Assembly: GCA_001782015.1 (NCBI GenBank) | Contig: MFNJ01000048.1 | Coordinates: 1 to 62,004 of the forward strand | Length of the DNA stretch: 62,004 nt | From: Candidatus Levybacteria bacterium RIFCSPHIGHO2_01_FULL_36_15 | GTDB lineage: Bacteria; Patescibacteriota; Microgenomatia; Levybacterales; GWA1-39-11 | Reading direction: 5' to 3' | Shown here: positions 29,466 to 39,124 of the stretch, in pieces | Numbering within the stretch: position 1 is the stretch's first letter | How the letters are laid out: the number at the start of each line of letters is the position of its first letter | Program-made: the position numbers and the translations under genes | Notes under the pieces: model-generated | The model's database searches: none | Seen by the model: only the letters and a program-made list of their open reading frames with translations | What the model was told of the DNA's origin: nothing

Positions 29466-29494
29466 AACAAACAGATGTAAACCATCTGTTTGTT
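29466..29494. terminator. 12-bp perfect hairpin, probable terminator
   Basis: AACAAACAGATG-TAAAC-CATCTGTTTGTT. Confidence 0.55.
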
Positions 29495-29506
29495 TTAAGA
29501 AGATAT

Positions 29507-29632
29507 TTACTCTTCGTAATATTCATCCGTATCCATCTCTTTTTTGTCTTTTACCTCTGATTTTCCTCCTTTTTCTCCGCTTTCTTCTTCCTGCTGAATA
29601 TCTTCATCCTGTCTCTTTTTATCATCTGCCAC
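29507..29632 (-). CDS. 41-aa acidic hydrophilic peptide with a KGG motif (stress-protein-like)
   Basis: SD AAGGAGGTGA then GTG; translates MADDKKRQDEDIQQEEESGEKGGKSEVKDKKEMDTDEYYEE. Not in the ORF track. Confidence 0.7.
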   Translation of the reverse strand: MADDKKRQDEDIQQEEESGEKGGKSEVKDKKEMDTDEYYEE

Positions 29633-29692
29633 TTTAATTCACCTCCTTTATTCTCAAAGATTAAATTTTAGCAACTCTAATCACAAACAGCC

Positions 29693-29944
29693 TTATATTT
29701 TTCTCATGCTTCTTCCTATAAACAAGAGCACCAAAGACCCTATAACCGCTATTACAAATGAGTTTATGTCAAAACCTGTTATTCCAACACCAAATACCAG
29801 GTTAGCCAGAAATCCTCCTACAAGTGCTCCTGCTATTCCAAGGATAATCGCTCCCACTAAACCACCTTTTGCGGGACGGGGATCTATAACGTTTGCGACT
29901 ACTCCTGCCACTAAACCAAAAACTATCCATGCAAATACGTTCAC
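29693..29944 (-). CDS. GlsB/YeaQ/YmgE family stress-response membrane protein
   Basis: WIVFGLVAG...IILGIAGALVGG...AVIGS; GTG start after SD GGGAGGTGA. Confidence 0.9.
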   Translation of the reverse strand: MNVFAWIVFGLVAGVVANVIDPRPAKGGLVGAIILGIAGALVGGFLANLVFGVGITGFDINSFVIAVIGSLVLLFIGRSMRKI

Positions 29945-30071
29945 AACTTTTTCACCTCCCTTTGACACAAAATCTGATTTATATTACTTTCTCCGATTAA
30001 GAGCTGAACAAAAAATTAGTAAGAATCTTGAAAGAAAGGAGATAATTGAGGAAAAGTAGGCATGTATATCT

Positions 30072-31244
30072 TTATCTTCTGTCTAAAGCACCTTCCAGAT
30101 CTGGTCTTGCTCTAAAGAATTGTTTCAAAGCAGGGAAAACGTCTTTCTTATCTGTAATCACAACTGGTGTAAACCTCTTGTCTTTGATTGCTTGAAAAGA
30201 ATTCATAAGCACGGAGGATGAACGAATTGCGCCTTGTCTGATCTCTCCATAACCAAATAAATTGGATCTATCAATAATTTGTTTAATAAGGTCAACGCAT
30301 CTTCTGTTATCAACGTTTCCCCAGTTATCTCCGTCTGAAAAGTGAAAAGGATATGTATTCCAATCATGGGAAGGATAATCTCTATTAATAATATCCAAAG
30401 CCAGCTGGTACGCGGATGAAACTTTGGTCCCGCCTGATTCTCCAAGTTTGAAGAATTTCTGCTCGTCCACCTCCTGGGCTTCTGTATGATGTGTAAGAAA
30501 TCTTATGTCAACTTTATTATATCTTTCCCTTAAGAATCTTACCATCCAAAAATAAAAACTGCGTGTTATGTATTTTTCAAATTCTCCCATACTCCCCGAA
30601 ACATCCCTCATGGCAATAACCGCAGCGTTTGTTTTGGGTTCAGGTTTTCTGTTCCAGGTTCTAAAACGATAATCATCATCTTTAACGCCCCCAAATCTGA
30701 CTTGACCGGTTTGCATAGCGTTGCGCTTCATGTTAGCCTGAAACGTCTTTCTCTTATCAAGATTTGCCCAGAGGCCTTTTTTCCTTACATCATCAAAGAT
30801 TACGCTTTCGCTTTCCATTTCACGGGCTTGTTTTTGCTGCAAATTGGGTAACTCTAAATCTTCAAAAACAAGTTTAGCAAGATCATCAATTGTTATGTCA
30901 ACCTCCTCATAGTCTATTCCCGGCTGGTCTCCTGCTTGTCTTCCGCGTCCTGAGACATCCTGCCCAACAGAGTCTCCCGGCTGCGAATCACCGTCTCCCT
31001 GTCCTATATGTTTGTTCTTGCCAAAATCATACCTGAAACGCGGAAGCTCTAATCTTCTCATTGGAACTTTTACAATTTTTTTTCCGTCCGAAGTAATTAT
31101 GGCTTCCTCAGAAATTATCCTTGGAAGGTTTCCTTTAATTGCTTCTTTTACTTTTTCATCATGCCTTGCAGCGTCTGCGTGGCCTTTCCTATGAAGGCTC
31201 CAGTCCTGCTTGGATAATGTAATTGTTTCATGTCCTGTTCCCAT
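30072..31244 (-). CDS. yhbH: YhbH/YeaH (DUF444) family VWA-like protein
   Basis: DWSLHRKG, MRDVSGSM, GESGGT, YPFHFSDGDN. Confidence 0.9.
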   Translation of the reverse strand: MGTGHETITLSKQDWSLHRKGHADAARHDEKVKEAIKGNLPRIISEEAIITSDGKKIVKVPMRRLELPRFRYDFGKNKHIGQGDGDSQPGDSVGQDVSGRGRQAGDQPGIDYEEVDITIDDLAKLVFEDLELPNLQQKQAREMESESVIFDDVRKKGLWANLDKRKTFQANMKRNAMQTGQVRFGGVKDDDYRFRTWNRKPEPKTNAAVIAMRDVSGSMGEFEKYITRSFYFWMVRFLRERYNKVDIRFLTHHTEAQEVDEQKFFKLGESGGTKVSSAYQLALDIINRDYPSHDWNTYPFHFSDGDNWGNVDNRRCVDLIKQIIDRSNLFGYGEIRQGAIRSSSVLMNSFQAIKDKRFTPVVITDKKDVFPALKQFFRARPDLEGALDRR

Positions 31245-31288
31245 ATTATTGATTTAACATATTTAAGCTGTAACCTGAAAAGTCTACT

Positions 31289-31317
31289 ATCATAGTACAC
31301 ATATCTGTAATTGTCAA
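31289..31317 (-). promoter_or_regulatory. sigma70 promoter proximal to yhbH
   Basis: TTGACA-17 nt-TATGAT. Confidence 0.6.
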
Positions 31318-31325
31318 TAACAACT

Positions 31326-31479
31326 AAAAAAATCCTCCTTTTGGGAGGATTCTCTTTGAATTTTTTTTGATTTTTATCCTCCCACAGCCTTATCAGCGCT
31401 TAATGCACATAAAGCAAATTGAATGGAAGGATATTTCTTTCATGCTCTTATGATATTAAAAACTTTATGAAATTGTCAA
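31326..31479 (-). promoter_or_regulatory. promoter, leader peptide (31393-31443, MKEISFHSICFMCIKR) and mutually exclusive antiterminator/terminator: putative attenuator
   Basis: TTGACA-18-TATCAT; four complementary segments ATCCTTCCA / TGGGAGGAT / ATCCTCCCA / GGAGGATT followed by a T-run. Confidence 0.55.
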
Positions 31480-31565
31480 GAGACGTTATATCACCCTTTA
31501 AATATTTTAACGTATTCAAAGCTTCGATTGAGATTTATGATTTATTCTGATATAATTTTCTTACA

Positions 31566-32237
31566 ATGGTCAGTAACCTTTTAATAGTAGAGGATGACAG
31601 CGGCCTTCAAAAATATCTAAAGGAGCTATTTCTTGACAATGGATATTCTGCGCAAGCCGCCTCAGACGGAGTAGCAGCACTAAATGTAATTGAAAAATCT
31701 CTTCCTGATCTTGTAGTGCTGGACTTGGGCTTGCCAAATATGAGCGGAGAAGCTGTGTGCATGGAAATCAGAAAGAAATATCCTGAACTTCCGGTTATAA
31801 TTCTTACTGCAAAAGATTCAATAAGCGATATTGTTCATGGTCTTGATCTTGGGGCAGATGACTATATAACCAAACCCTTTATAGCAGACGAGCTTCTGGC
31901 AAGGATTAAGGCAAGGCTGAGACAACGATCAGACAGTCAATCCAGGCTCAAGATTGCCGACTTGGAGTTGGACATGAAAACACTTGAGGTGCAGCGCGGT
32001 AGAAAAACTATATCTCTAACACCCAAAGAATTCAAACTGCTTGAATACCTCTTAAAAAATACCGGAAGAATCCTGACGCGCGAAATGATCCTAAACAGGA
32101 TTTGGCTTTATTCTCCTGATATAGAAACCCGCGTGGTTGACGTATATATGGGGTATCTGAGAAAAAAAATAGATTCAGGATTCAACAAAAAACTTATTAA
32201 ATCCGTCAGAGGATTCGGGTACATGATAAAAGACTAG
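31566..32237 (+). CDS. OmpR/PhoB family response regulator
   Basis: VEDD, LDLGLP, GADDYITKPF, LTPKEF, VRGFGY. Confidence 0.95.
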   Translation: MVSNLLIVEDDSGLQKYLKELFLDNGYSAQAASDGVAALNVIEKSLPDLVVLDLGLPNMSGEAVCMEIRKKYPELPVIILTAKDSISDIVHGLDLGADDYITKPFIADELLARIKARLRQRSDSQSRLKIADLELDMKTLEVQRGRKTISLTPKEFKLLEYLLKNTGRILTREMILNRIWLYSPDIETRVVDVYMGYLRKKIDSGFNKKLIKSVRGFGYMIKD

Positions 32238-32242
32238 GTTTT

Positions 32243-33406
32243 TTAAGCAGTGGGTTTTGCTCTTCTTAATTTAAGCTTAACTGTTGTACCTTTATCTACT
32301 GCAGAATATATCTCCAAAGAACCATGATGACTTGTTACAATATTTTTTGCGATATATAAACCCAATCCCATCCCTTCTCTTAAACCTGAATGACCCTTAT
32401 AAAACCCTTCAAAAATTTTGGGCAGGTCTTTTTTAGGAATACCAGCTCCCTGATCTTTAATAGTTAATGTTAAGTAAGAAGATTTGTTCTTTAGATTTAT
32501 TAAAACTTCTTTTTCAGAAAACTTTAACGCATTGTCCAATAAATTTACTATCACTTGAACTAATCTGTCATAATCCCCTATAACCAAATCCTTATTCTGT
32601 TTCAGGGTGCTCTTAAACAATATTTTTCTGCCAGGAAATTTGAATCTCAAGCTTTCTGTAGCAGCGTTGACTATTTTGGTCAAACTGCATATTTTAAATA
32701 CAAAGTTTAAGCTGCCGGATTGGATCTTATTAATTTCAAGCAAGTCATTCACCAAAGATGTCAGCCTTGAAGTCTCAAAGGCAAGCTCATTAACCCATTT
32801 TGATTCTCTGGGAACAGAATTGCTATTAAATTTGTTTTGCAAAAGTTGCACGTAACCGTTTATGGATGTAAGAGGAGTTCTGAATTCATGCGCAGCCATT
32901 GAAATAAACTGATTTCTGGTTTCCAGGGCTTTCTTGGTTTCGTCCAAAAGATTTATATTTCTTATCCTTTGGCTCACAAAAGATCCCAGCAGTTTTAACA
33001 AGTTTAGGTCTTTGGAAGTAAAATGTTGAATTCTAGAGGACTGGAATGTTAGAACACCTACTGAACTATTTCTATAGGATAAAGGAATCGCTATAATAGA
33101 TTTTATTCCCATTTGTCTTATTTTGGGATTCATGTTTTTTATATGTTTTACTCCCAAAACAAAAGGCCTATGTGTCTTATACGCTTTATAGGCAAATCCT
33201 TTTCTTCTTGCTTTAATCTGATAATACTCTGGAGAATTAGTGTAAACCCTTTTTAATGTTCCGTCTTGGGCCAGAAGAATAGATCCGTATTCGGCTTTTA
33301 CAAGTTTTATGGATTCGCTGACAATAGTTTCATAAATCTGATTCTGGTTCATCGGTTCCAGAAGCTTTAAAAAAATTTTATTTAAATCTTCAATAATGTT
33401 CCTCAT
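32243..33406 (-). CDS. GAF-domain sensor histidine kinase, cytoplasmic
   Basis: GAF region, AHEFRTPLT, NLLDNALKF, DQGAGI, GLGLYI; no TM helix seen. Confidence 0.92.
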   Translation of the reverse strand: MRNIIEDLNKIFLKLLEPMNQNQIYETIVSESIKLVKAEYGSILLAQDGTLKRVYTNSPEYYQIKARRKGFAYKAYKTHRPFVLGVKHIKNMNPKIRQMGIKSIIAIPLSYRNSSVGVLTFQSSRIQHFTSKDLNLLKLLGSFVSQRIRNINLLDETKKALETRNQFISMAAHEFRTPLTSINGYVQLLQNKFNSNSVPRESKWVNELAFETSRLTSLVNDLLEINKIQSGSLNFVFKICSLTKIVNAATESLRFKFPGRKILFKSTLKQNKDLVIGDYDRLVQVIVNLLDNALKFSEKEVLINLKNKSSYLTLTIKDQGAGIPKKDLPKIFEGFYKGHSGLREGMGLGLYIAKNIVTSHHGSLEIYSAVDKGTTVKLKLRRAKPTA

Positions 33407-33741
33407 ATCAAAGAGGTTCCCGAAATGAACCTCAAATAAGCCAAATTACCGCATATTTTTAAGGCCATGGAAACCATAAAAAGCATTATTTTGAATTATA
33501 TTTATTCTACAGGAGAAGTAAAAAGTATGAAAAACTGATAAAAAATACTTTCTTTATAAATCTTTTCAAATATAATATTCACCTTGCCCCTGATTAATGT
33601 TAAATGCCGGCCTATGTTAACGTTTGTAAATGTCAAATCTATAGTTTCCATAATAGATAATATGAACGTTAACATTAAGAAAATAATGCTATTTTCAGTA
33701 AGAATTATGAAAGAGGAGAAAGCAATATTCTTTAGAAATCT

Positions 33742-34827
33742 TTAGTATTGTTTCCAGGTTAAGTATTTAGCCAAAAGCTTCTGTGAATTAAGGTTAAAAG
33801 ATTTAATGCCGTATTTGGCAAAACCTAAATCCAAAAGCCTTGCAGAAAGAAGATCTCTTTCAAATATGTCAGAAGTCCCCAGTAAAACAACCATTATCCT
33901 TCTGTCTTCTCTTTGGGAAAGAGTAACCATTGTTGTACCTGCATCTCTGCTGTTACCAATCTTCACTCCTTCAATGCCAGGATAAACATTTAAAAGTCCA
34001 TTCCAATTGTAAAGGTTAAACTGCTTGTGATTGCTATCGGCTTCCAAAAACTGATAGTCCTTTTTAACAATTTTAGCAAATAATGGGTAAGTTAACGCGT
34101 AATGTGAAAGAACAGCCAAATCTTCTGCGCTGCTGAAATTTTCCTTGCTGTCAAAACCCTGGGGGTTTGCAAAGTGCGTATTTGAAAGACCTAAAATCTT
34201 TGCTTTTTCGTTCATGCTTTTTATAAAAATATTCTCACCGTATCTTTTATTTAACTCTTCTTTTATAACCTCTGTAGCGTCATTGGCAGAAGTAAGCAGG
34301 GAAGCGTTTAATAGTTCTTCCAGTGTCATTTTTTGACCCGGAACGACTCCAATTTTAGTGGGTATCTGATCTGCTGCATTTCGGGAAACTTCAAAAACAT
34401 CCGTAGGGCTTGCAAGATCAAGAGCAACAATAGCAGTCATAATCTTTGTGAGGGACGCAATTGGCACTTTTTTGGAAATCTTCCTTCCGGATAGTACTTC
34501 TCCGGTATCATAATTTACCACAAGATAAGAAAGAGTCTCAGGGTAAGAAACATCAGATATCTGATAGGGAAGGACAACCTCTTTTTGTTTCAGTTTAAAC
34601 TGGTTTACATTTTTAAGAAGTTTAGGTTTTATTGTCTCAATAAGATTCTCACTTTTGTAGCTTACTTTTTCTTGTGAGAGAAAAAATGATTTCGGTAGCC
34701 TGATCCCTATATGTTGGACAGAAACCATAAAAAATATTGCCAAAAAACCTATCCAAAATCCTTTTAAGTCAAATGAAGAAAATTCGATTGCTTTAAAATA
34801 CCCTTTTATTTTTCGCATACACCTCAA
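33742..34827 (-). CDS. D-alanyl-D-alanine carboxypeptidase (peptidase S11)
   Basis: ASLTK, SAN and KIG (variant of KTG). Start position uncertain. Confidence 0.88.
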   Translation of the reverse strand: MRCMRKIKGYFKAIEFSSFDLKGFWIGFLAIFFMVSVQHIGIRLPKSFFLSQEKVSYKSENLIETIKPKLLKNVNQFKLKQKEVVLPYQISDVSYPETLSYLVVNYDTGEVLSGRKISKKVPIASLTKIMTAIVALDLASPTDVFEVSRNAADQIPTKIGVVPGQKMTLEELLNASLLTSANDATEVIKEELNKRYGENIFIKSMNEKAKILGLSNTHFANPQGFDSKENFSSAEDLAVLSHYALTYPLFAKIVKKDYQFLEADSNHKQFNLYNWNGLLNVYPGIEGVKIGNSRDAGTTMVTLSQREDRRIMVVLLGTSDIFERDLLSARLLDLGFAKYGIKSFNLNSQKLLAKYLTWKQY

Positions 34828-35112
34828 ACAGTTTTTTTAGGCTGAAATACAAAAATATCTGTCAGAAATTTCTTTTCTATGAATTTAAATTTTTCAGGGA
34901 AAGTTGAGAAAAATAACATCCGCAAGTTGTTGAAGAATATAAACCAAACTTGCAACTCCTACTCTAGCAAAATTATAATAATCTGTCAAGAATCAAATTA
35001 TGAAGTTATCATCAAAAAACAATAAGAGAAAAGTAAGAAAATTAAATCGGGATCAAATCAGAAAAGATATATAGAAAATATACAAGTGGAGTATTGAAAA
35101 AGCTTTAACAAT

Positions 35113-37380
35113 CTACAAAAATAAACTTACCTTTTTTTTGAATATTTGAAGAACAGGAATGAACTTTGTTTTAAGCAAAAATAACAAGTATACTAATGGA
35201 ATAATAACTATAAGCCAGGCAAGATTGATTTTTATATTTTTTGTTTTGGATTGAATCTTTGCTGCGCCAAAATCCGCACTCTTGATTCCCGCAACTGCAA
35301 CATAGGAATTGGGAGCAGCATTGTAAACAAGCGAGTTTTTACTTCCGGAAGTATTATTTGTATTTACCGGATTAAAAAGGATCGAAGAAGCATTATTTTT
35401 ACTTTCCGAAGCAACGAAGTTAGAGGATGGCTGATTTGACGATTTACCAGTGCTGTTATTTTGACTTTCATTAGTAGAAGAAACAGTATTGTCAGCAGTG
35501 TCTGAATTCTGTGAAGAACTATCAGTAGAAGAAGTATTTGTGTCTTTTGTGGCTCCCGGAGGAAGAAAATCTCCCACCCAACTGCCAAATACGTTGACAA
35601 CTGTAACCAGAAGCTTTCCCCCACCTGTAATATTATTGTTTACAAAATTGACAAGACTGGCAATAACGTGGGCATCACCGGTTTGAATATAAGATGTACC
35701 CCCCGTATTGTCATTTGCAGAATTTTCTCCGGTACTGGCAGAAAGATTAATGTTGTTATTTATCTTTGCGTTATTCGTTTGACTGACTGTATTACTATCT
35801 GACTGGCTGGAGGAAGCATTGTTTTCAGAACCTGAAGAATTGCCGGAATTTACCGCTGTCACGTCACCGTTTCCATTAACGCTAAACTGTGTACCGGCTG
35901 AGGCGGCATAACTTGATCCGGCAGGACTACCCACAATTTGCCCGATCCACTGGCCAGCTTTGTTCACTATCACAAGCCAGATGTTTCCTCCATCAATATT
36001 TGAATTGGCAACATTAAGAGTTTGCGCATCAACTGTTGCGCTTCCTGTTTTAACAACAGAATCTCCCCCTGTATTTGCAGATGTATTATTGTCTCCGGTT
36101 GTTGCCAGCAGATTGAGATTATTTTGGATATTTGCCTCATTATTTTGTAGTGTTGTATCAGTTGCAGATGTAGAAGCATTGGCGCTGTTGGAAGAAAACG
36201 AACCGTTTGCCGAATTTTGAGCCGAAGTATTTGTTGACGTACCACTGCAATTGCCGCAGGAGTCAAACGAACTTGCAGGAAGTACTATATCTCCTGTTAA
36301 ATTTCCATAAACATTAACTACTCCCACAGCCACATTTCCGGTAATGTTATTGTTTAAAAAAGTTAAGGCGTTTCCGGAAACATTCGCATCACCAGTTTGA
36401 ACCACAGAATCTCCCCCCGTATTTTTACTTGAGTCATTTTTACCCGAGTCAGCCATAAGAATCAAGGTGTTCTCAACAGTTCCATCGTTACTCTGAAAGG
36501 TATTATTATTTGTAATATTGGAGCTTTCTGCCGTGTTAGTGGAGTCTGATCCGTTTGCAACATTGCCGGCAGAAACAGTACCGTTTGCACATCCGGAAAT
36601 ACAGTTTGCTCCATAATCCAGAACCAAGTTGCCTTTCTGATCATCCACAACGTTAAACTCTGAAACTGAAACGCCGGACAAATTTGTGTTTGCCGCAGTA
36701 ATGATAGTTCCTGATATATTGGCATTTCCGCTACTGATAAAAGAATTTCCTACATTGCCGGATGCTGTATTACCTCCGGTTACGGAAGATTTGTTTAAGT
36801 TATTTGAAATATCAGCGGCATTTTGCTGAACAGTTGAGGAATTACTTGTTGAGTCTGCCAAAGCACTGTTTGTTGAAAAAGAGCCGTTCTCTGAATTTGC
36901 AGCCTGGACACCGGAAGAGTTATTGCCGCCTGGCGTATTAGAATCTGAGCCTGCCGTTTGATTGCCGTTAGTATTTGTATTTGTAACTGTTGTTAGAACT
37001 CCTGTATTGGTTACATTGCCTGTTTTTACAGCTATATCCCCAACTGCCCCTTCAGGCACAGTGGAATTATTTGTTTGCGATTGAGTTTGTTGAGTCTGAT
37101 CATGTGGAGCAGAAGTTTCAGCTGGAGACGTAGTACTATTATTATCGCTTGTAGAATCTGATGCTGGAGGCGTTGAGGACGGAGCAGTAGGAGCGCTTGG
37201 CGCAGGCGCGGGATCTGAGGGAGCAGAAGGAACGGATGGTGCACTTGGGGCAGATACGGCGGATGGAGCAGTAGGAGCAGACAGAATAACATCTTCTGCG
37301 TTTACAGATAAGATGTTTACAAAAAACAGACAAACGATTGTAAGTAATGTTATATATTTTTTAATCCTCATGTTCAACAT
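35113..37380 (-). CDS. secreted, membrane-anchored Asn/Ser/Thr/Gly repeat protein
   Basis: Signal peptide, APS/APT linker, repeated TGxN..NTGG..TGxA units and a C-terminal TM. Confidence 0.8.
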   Translation of the reverse strand: MLNMRIKKYITLLTIVCLFFVNILSVNAEDVILSAPTAPSAVSAPSAPSVPSAPSDPAPAPSAPTAPSSTPPASDSTSDNNSTTSPAETSAPHDQTQQTQSQTNNSTVPEGAVGDIAVKTGNVTNTGVLTTVTNTNTNGNQTAGSDSNTPGGNNSSGVQAANSENGSFSTNSALADSTSNSSTVQQNAADISNNLNKSSVTGGNTASGNVGNSFISSGNANISGTIITAANTNLSGVSVSEFNVVDDQKGNLVLDYGANCISGCANGTVSAGNVANGSDSTNTAESSNITNNNTFQSNDGTVENTLILMADSGKNDSSKNTGGDSVVQTGDANVSGNALTFLNNNITGNVAVGVVNVYGNLTGDIVLPASSFDSCGNCSGTSTNTSAQNSANGSFSSNSANASTSATDTTLQNNEANIQNNLNLLATTGDNNTSANTGGDSVVKTGSATVDAQTLNVANSNIDGGNIWLVIVNKAGQWIGQIVGSPAGSSYAASAGTQFSVNGNGDVTAVNSGNSSGSENNASSSQSDSNTVSQTNNAKINNNINLSASTGENSANDNTGGTSYIQTGDAHVIASLVNFVNNNITGGGKLLVTVVNVFGSWVGDFLPPGATKDTNTSSTDSSSQNSDTADNTVSSTNESQNNSTGKSSNQPSSNFVASESKNNASSILFNPVNTNNTSGSKNSLVYNAAPNSYVAVAGIKSADFGAAKIQSKTKNIKINLAWLIVIIPLVYLLFLLKTKFIPVLQIFKKKVSLFL

Positions 37381-37423
37381 ATTTTTTAATTTATTAAATA
37401 TTTATAATTTTGAATAATTTCAT

Positions 37424-37479
37424 TTTCTGGAGGCGGATGTCTTGCTGAAGTGAAACAATAAACATCCACCTCACAGAAA
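37424..37479. terminator. intergenic stem-loop between the two repeat-protein genes
   Basis: TTTCTG-GAGGCGGATGT ... ACATCCACCTC-ACAGAAA. Confidence 0.5.
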
Positions 37480-37485
37480 TTTGGT

Positions 37486-38709
37486 CTAATGGTGTAGGAA
37501 GCCCAATAGTCCTCCTAAATCAAAACTGAGATCTAGTTGGACGTCATGTGGAAAACTAACACCAGTACCGAAAAGATTTACATTACCAGTATTTCTTACG
37601 TCAGTATCTGACCTGGCATTACCGGTAAGTATCACTGTTGGATCGCCTACTGCTGGGCCGGTATTTCTGTTGGCATAATTTTTTCCGGTCTTGGCATCGG
37701 CATCTACGTCATTGTATATATCAAGCTCATTGTCTTGGAAGACTGAATTTGAATCAACAAGGTATGCCGTAATATCATTAGTAGAATTTGATCCGTTACC
37801 GGAAATTTTTGCAGAAATATCTGTCAAACATCCGCAATTTAAATCTGCTGCGTTGAAGTTTGCAAGATTCCTGACATCAACATTCGTACGGGCATCGCCA
37901 GTAGCAATTACAACGTCTCCTCCTGTATTATCATTAGCATTATTGCGTCCAGTTTTAGCATTGGCGTCAACATAATTCATTATGTACGCGTCGTTGTCCT
38001 GAACTAAAGTCCTGGAAACATCATGATTTAAATCTATGGAGTTATCGCTGTAGGAACCGTTTCCTGAAATAGTCGCATCCAGAGATCCCTGACTTCCATC
38101 TCCACTGCCTATTTTTGCCACATTCGCATTGGCCGCATTTCTAACATCCACATTGGATGTTGCATTACGTGTTACAATTGTGACATCTCCACCTGTATTT
38201 CTGTTAGCGTCATTTTTGCCTGTATAGGCATTTGAGTCAATATCATTTGTTATATCCGCCTTATTATCTTGAAATACTGAGGTGTCTGAAGAATTATCAA
38301 GTTCAACTGAATTATCGGAATACGATCCGTTGCCTGAAATATTTACTCTTATATCAGTATTACAACCGTTACAATTATCTAAATCTGCTTTATTAAGATT
38401 AACTTCGGTAGTAACATCCACCTTGGAACGAGCATCTCCCGTGGAGATTAATACATCTCCATTTGTATTGTCATTCGCGGAGTTTCCGCCTGTTGACGCA
38501 TTGGAATCTATGTCGTTACTTATTGTAGCATCGTTACTTTGTACCACAGTTGTGGTGTGGTCTACGGTAACGTTTGCTGTGTTTGTTGAGGATGATCCAT
38601 TACCAGAGAGTGTTATTTTTGTATCGGCAAGTGCAACTGGTGCAAAGGTATTTAAAAGCATTGCTCCTGTTGCTGCTACTGTTATTATTTTTCTAGTTAT
38701 GTTTAACAT
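37486..38709 (-). CDS. secreted repeat protein with four ~90-aa repeats
   Basis: Signal peptide; SGNGSxSxN...QxNxA...TGxNxANxNTGG...TGxA repeated four times; strong SD GGAGGAGGTGA. Confidence 0.85.
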   Translation of the reverse strand: MLNITRKIITVAATGAMLLNTFAPVALADTKITLSGNGSSSTNTANVTVDHTTTVVQSNDATISNDIDSNASTGGNSANDNTNGDVLISTGDARSKVDVTTEVNLNKADLDNCNGCNTDIRVNISGNGSYSDNSVELDNSSDTSVFQDNKADITNDIDSNAYTGKNDANRNTGGDVTIVTRNATSNVDVRNAANANVAKIGSGDGSQGSLDATISGNGSYSDNSIDLNHDVSRTLVQDNDAYIMNYVDANAKTGRNNANDNTGGDVVIATGDARTNVDVRNLANFNAADLNCGCLTDISAKISGNGSNSTNDITAYLVDSNSVFQDNELDIYNDVDADAKTGKNYANRNTGPAVGDPTVILTGNARSDTDVRNTGNVNLFGTGVSFPHDVQLDLSFDLGGLLGFLHH

Positions 38710-39124
38710 ATTTTCACCTCCTTCCGTTTTAATAATTTTCTCTTAATGAGAACACTTCTTACACATAATAGAAATGCTTATTTAAAATAGAATGAGGAAT
38801 TTGTAAGAGTTTGGTAAATGTAAGCATTATTACAGATAAAAATAATTATTAAATTCAAATTATTGTGTAAGAATTTTATTTACTTACAAAAAATAGCATT
38901 TACAAAATTAAAAGCGAGCAAGCATATTCTTCTTAGACAATCCAATTTAACCTTTTCCTCAAGCAAGGTCACGTTACGCTCAAAAATTTATTTGCGGGTG
39001 GAATAAGACCAAGTTGTGAACCTGTTCTGTATGAAGATAGATTTCTGGAAGTTTTTATAATGGTAGGTGCGAAATTATAATTAATTTTAAGAGTTTGGGA
39101 ACCGGAATCAAAGAATATTTTGCT

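Noticed and set aside
35251..38746. Several overlapping ORFs, including antisense ORFs of up to 154 aa
   Set aside because: These are shadow or alternative frames of the repeat-protein genes with no independent signals. The same applies to most short ORFs nested in larger genes in the track.
38998..39010. GTGGAATAAGACC as a possible IS terminal repeat
   Set aside because: No partner end and no transposase remnant were found nearby.
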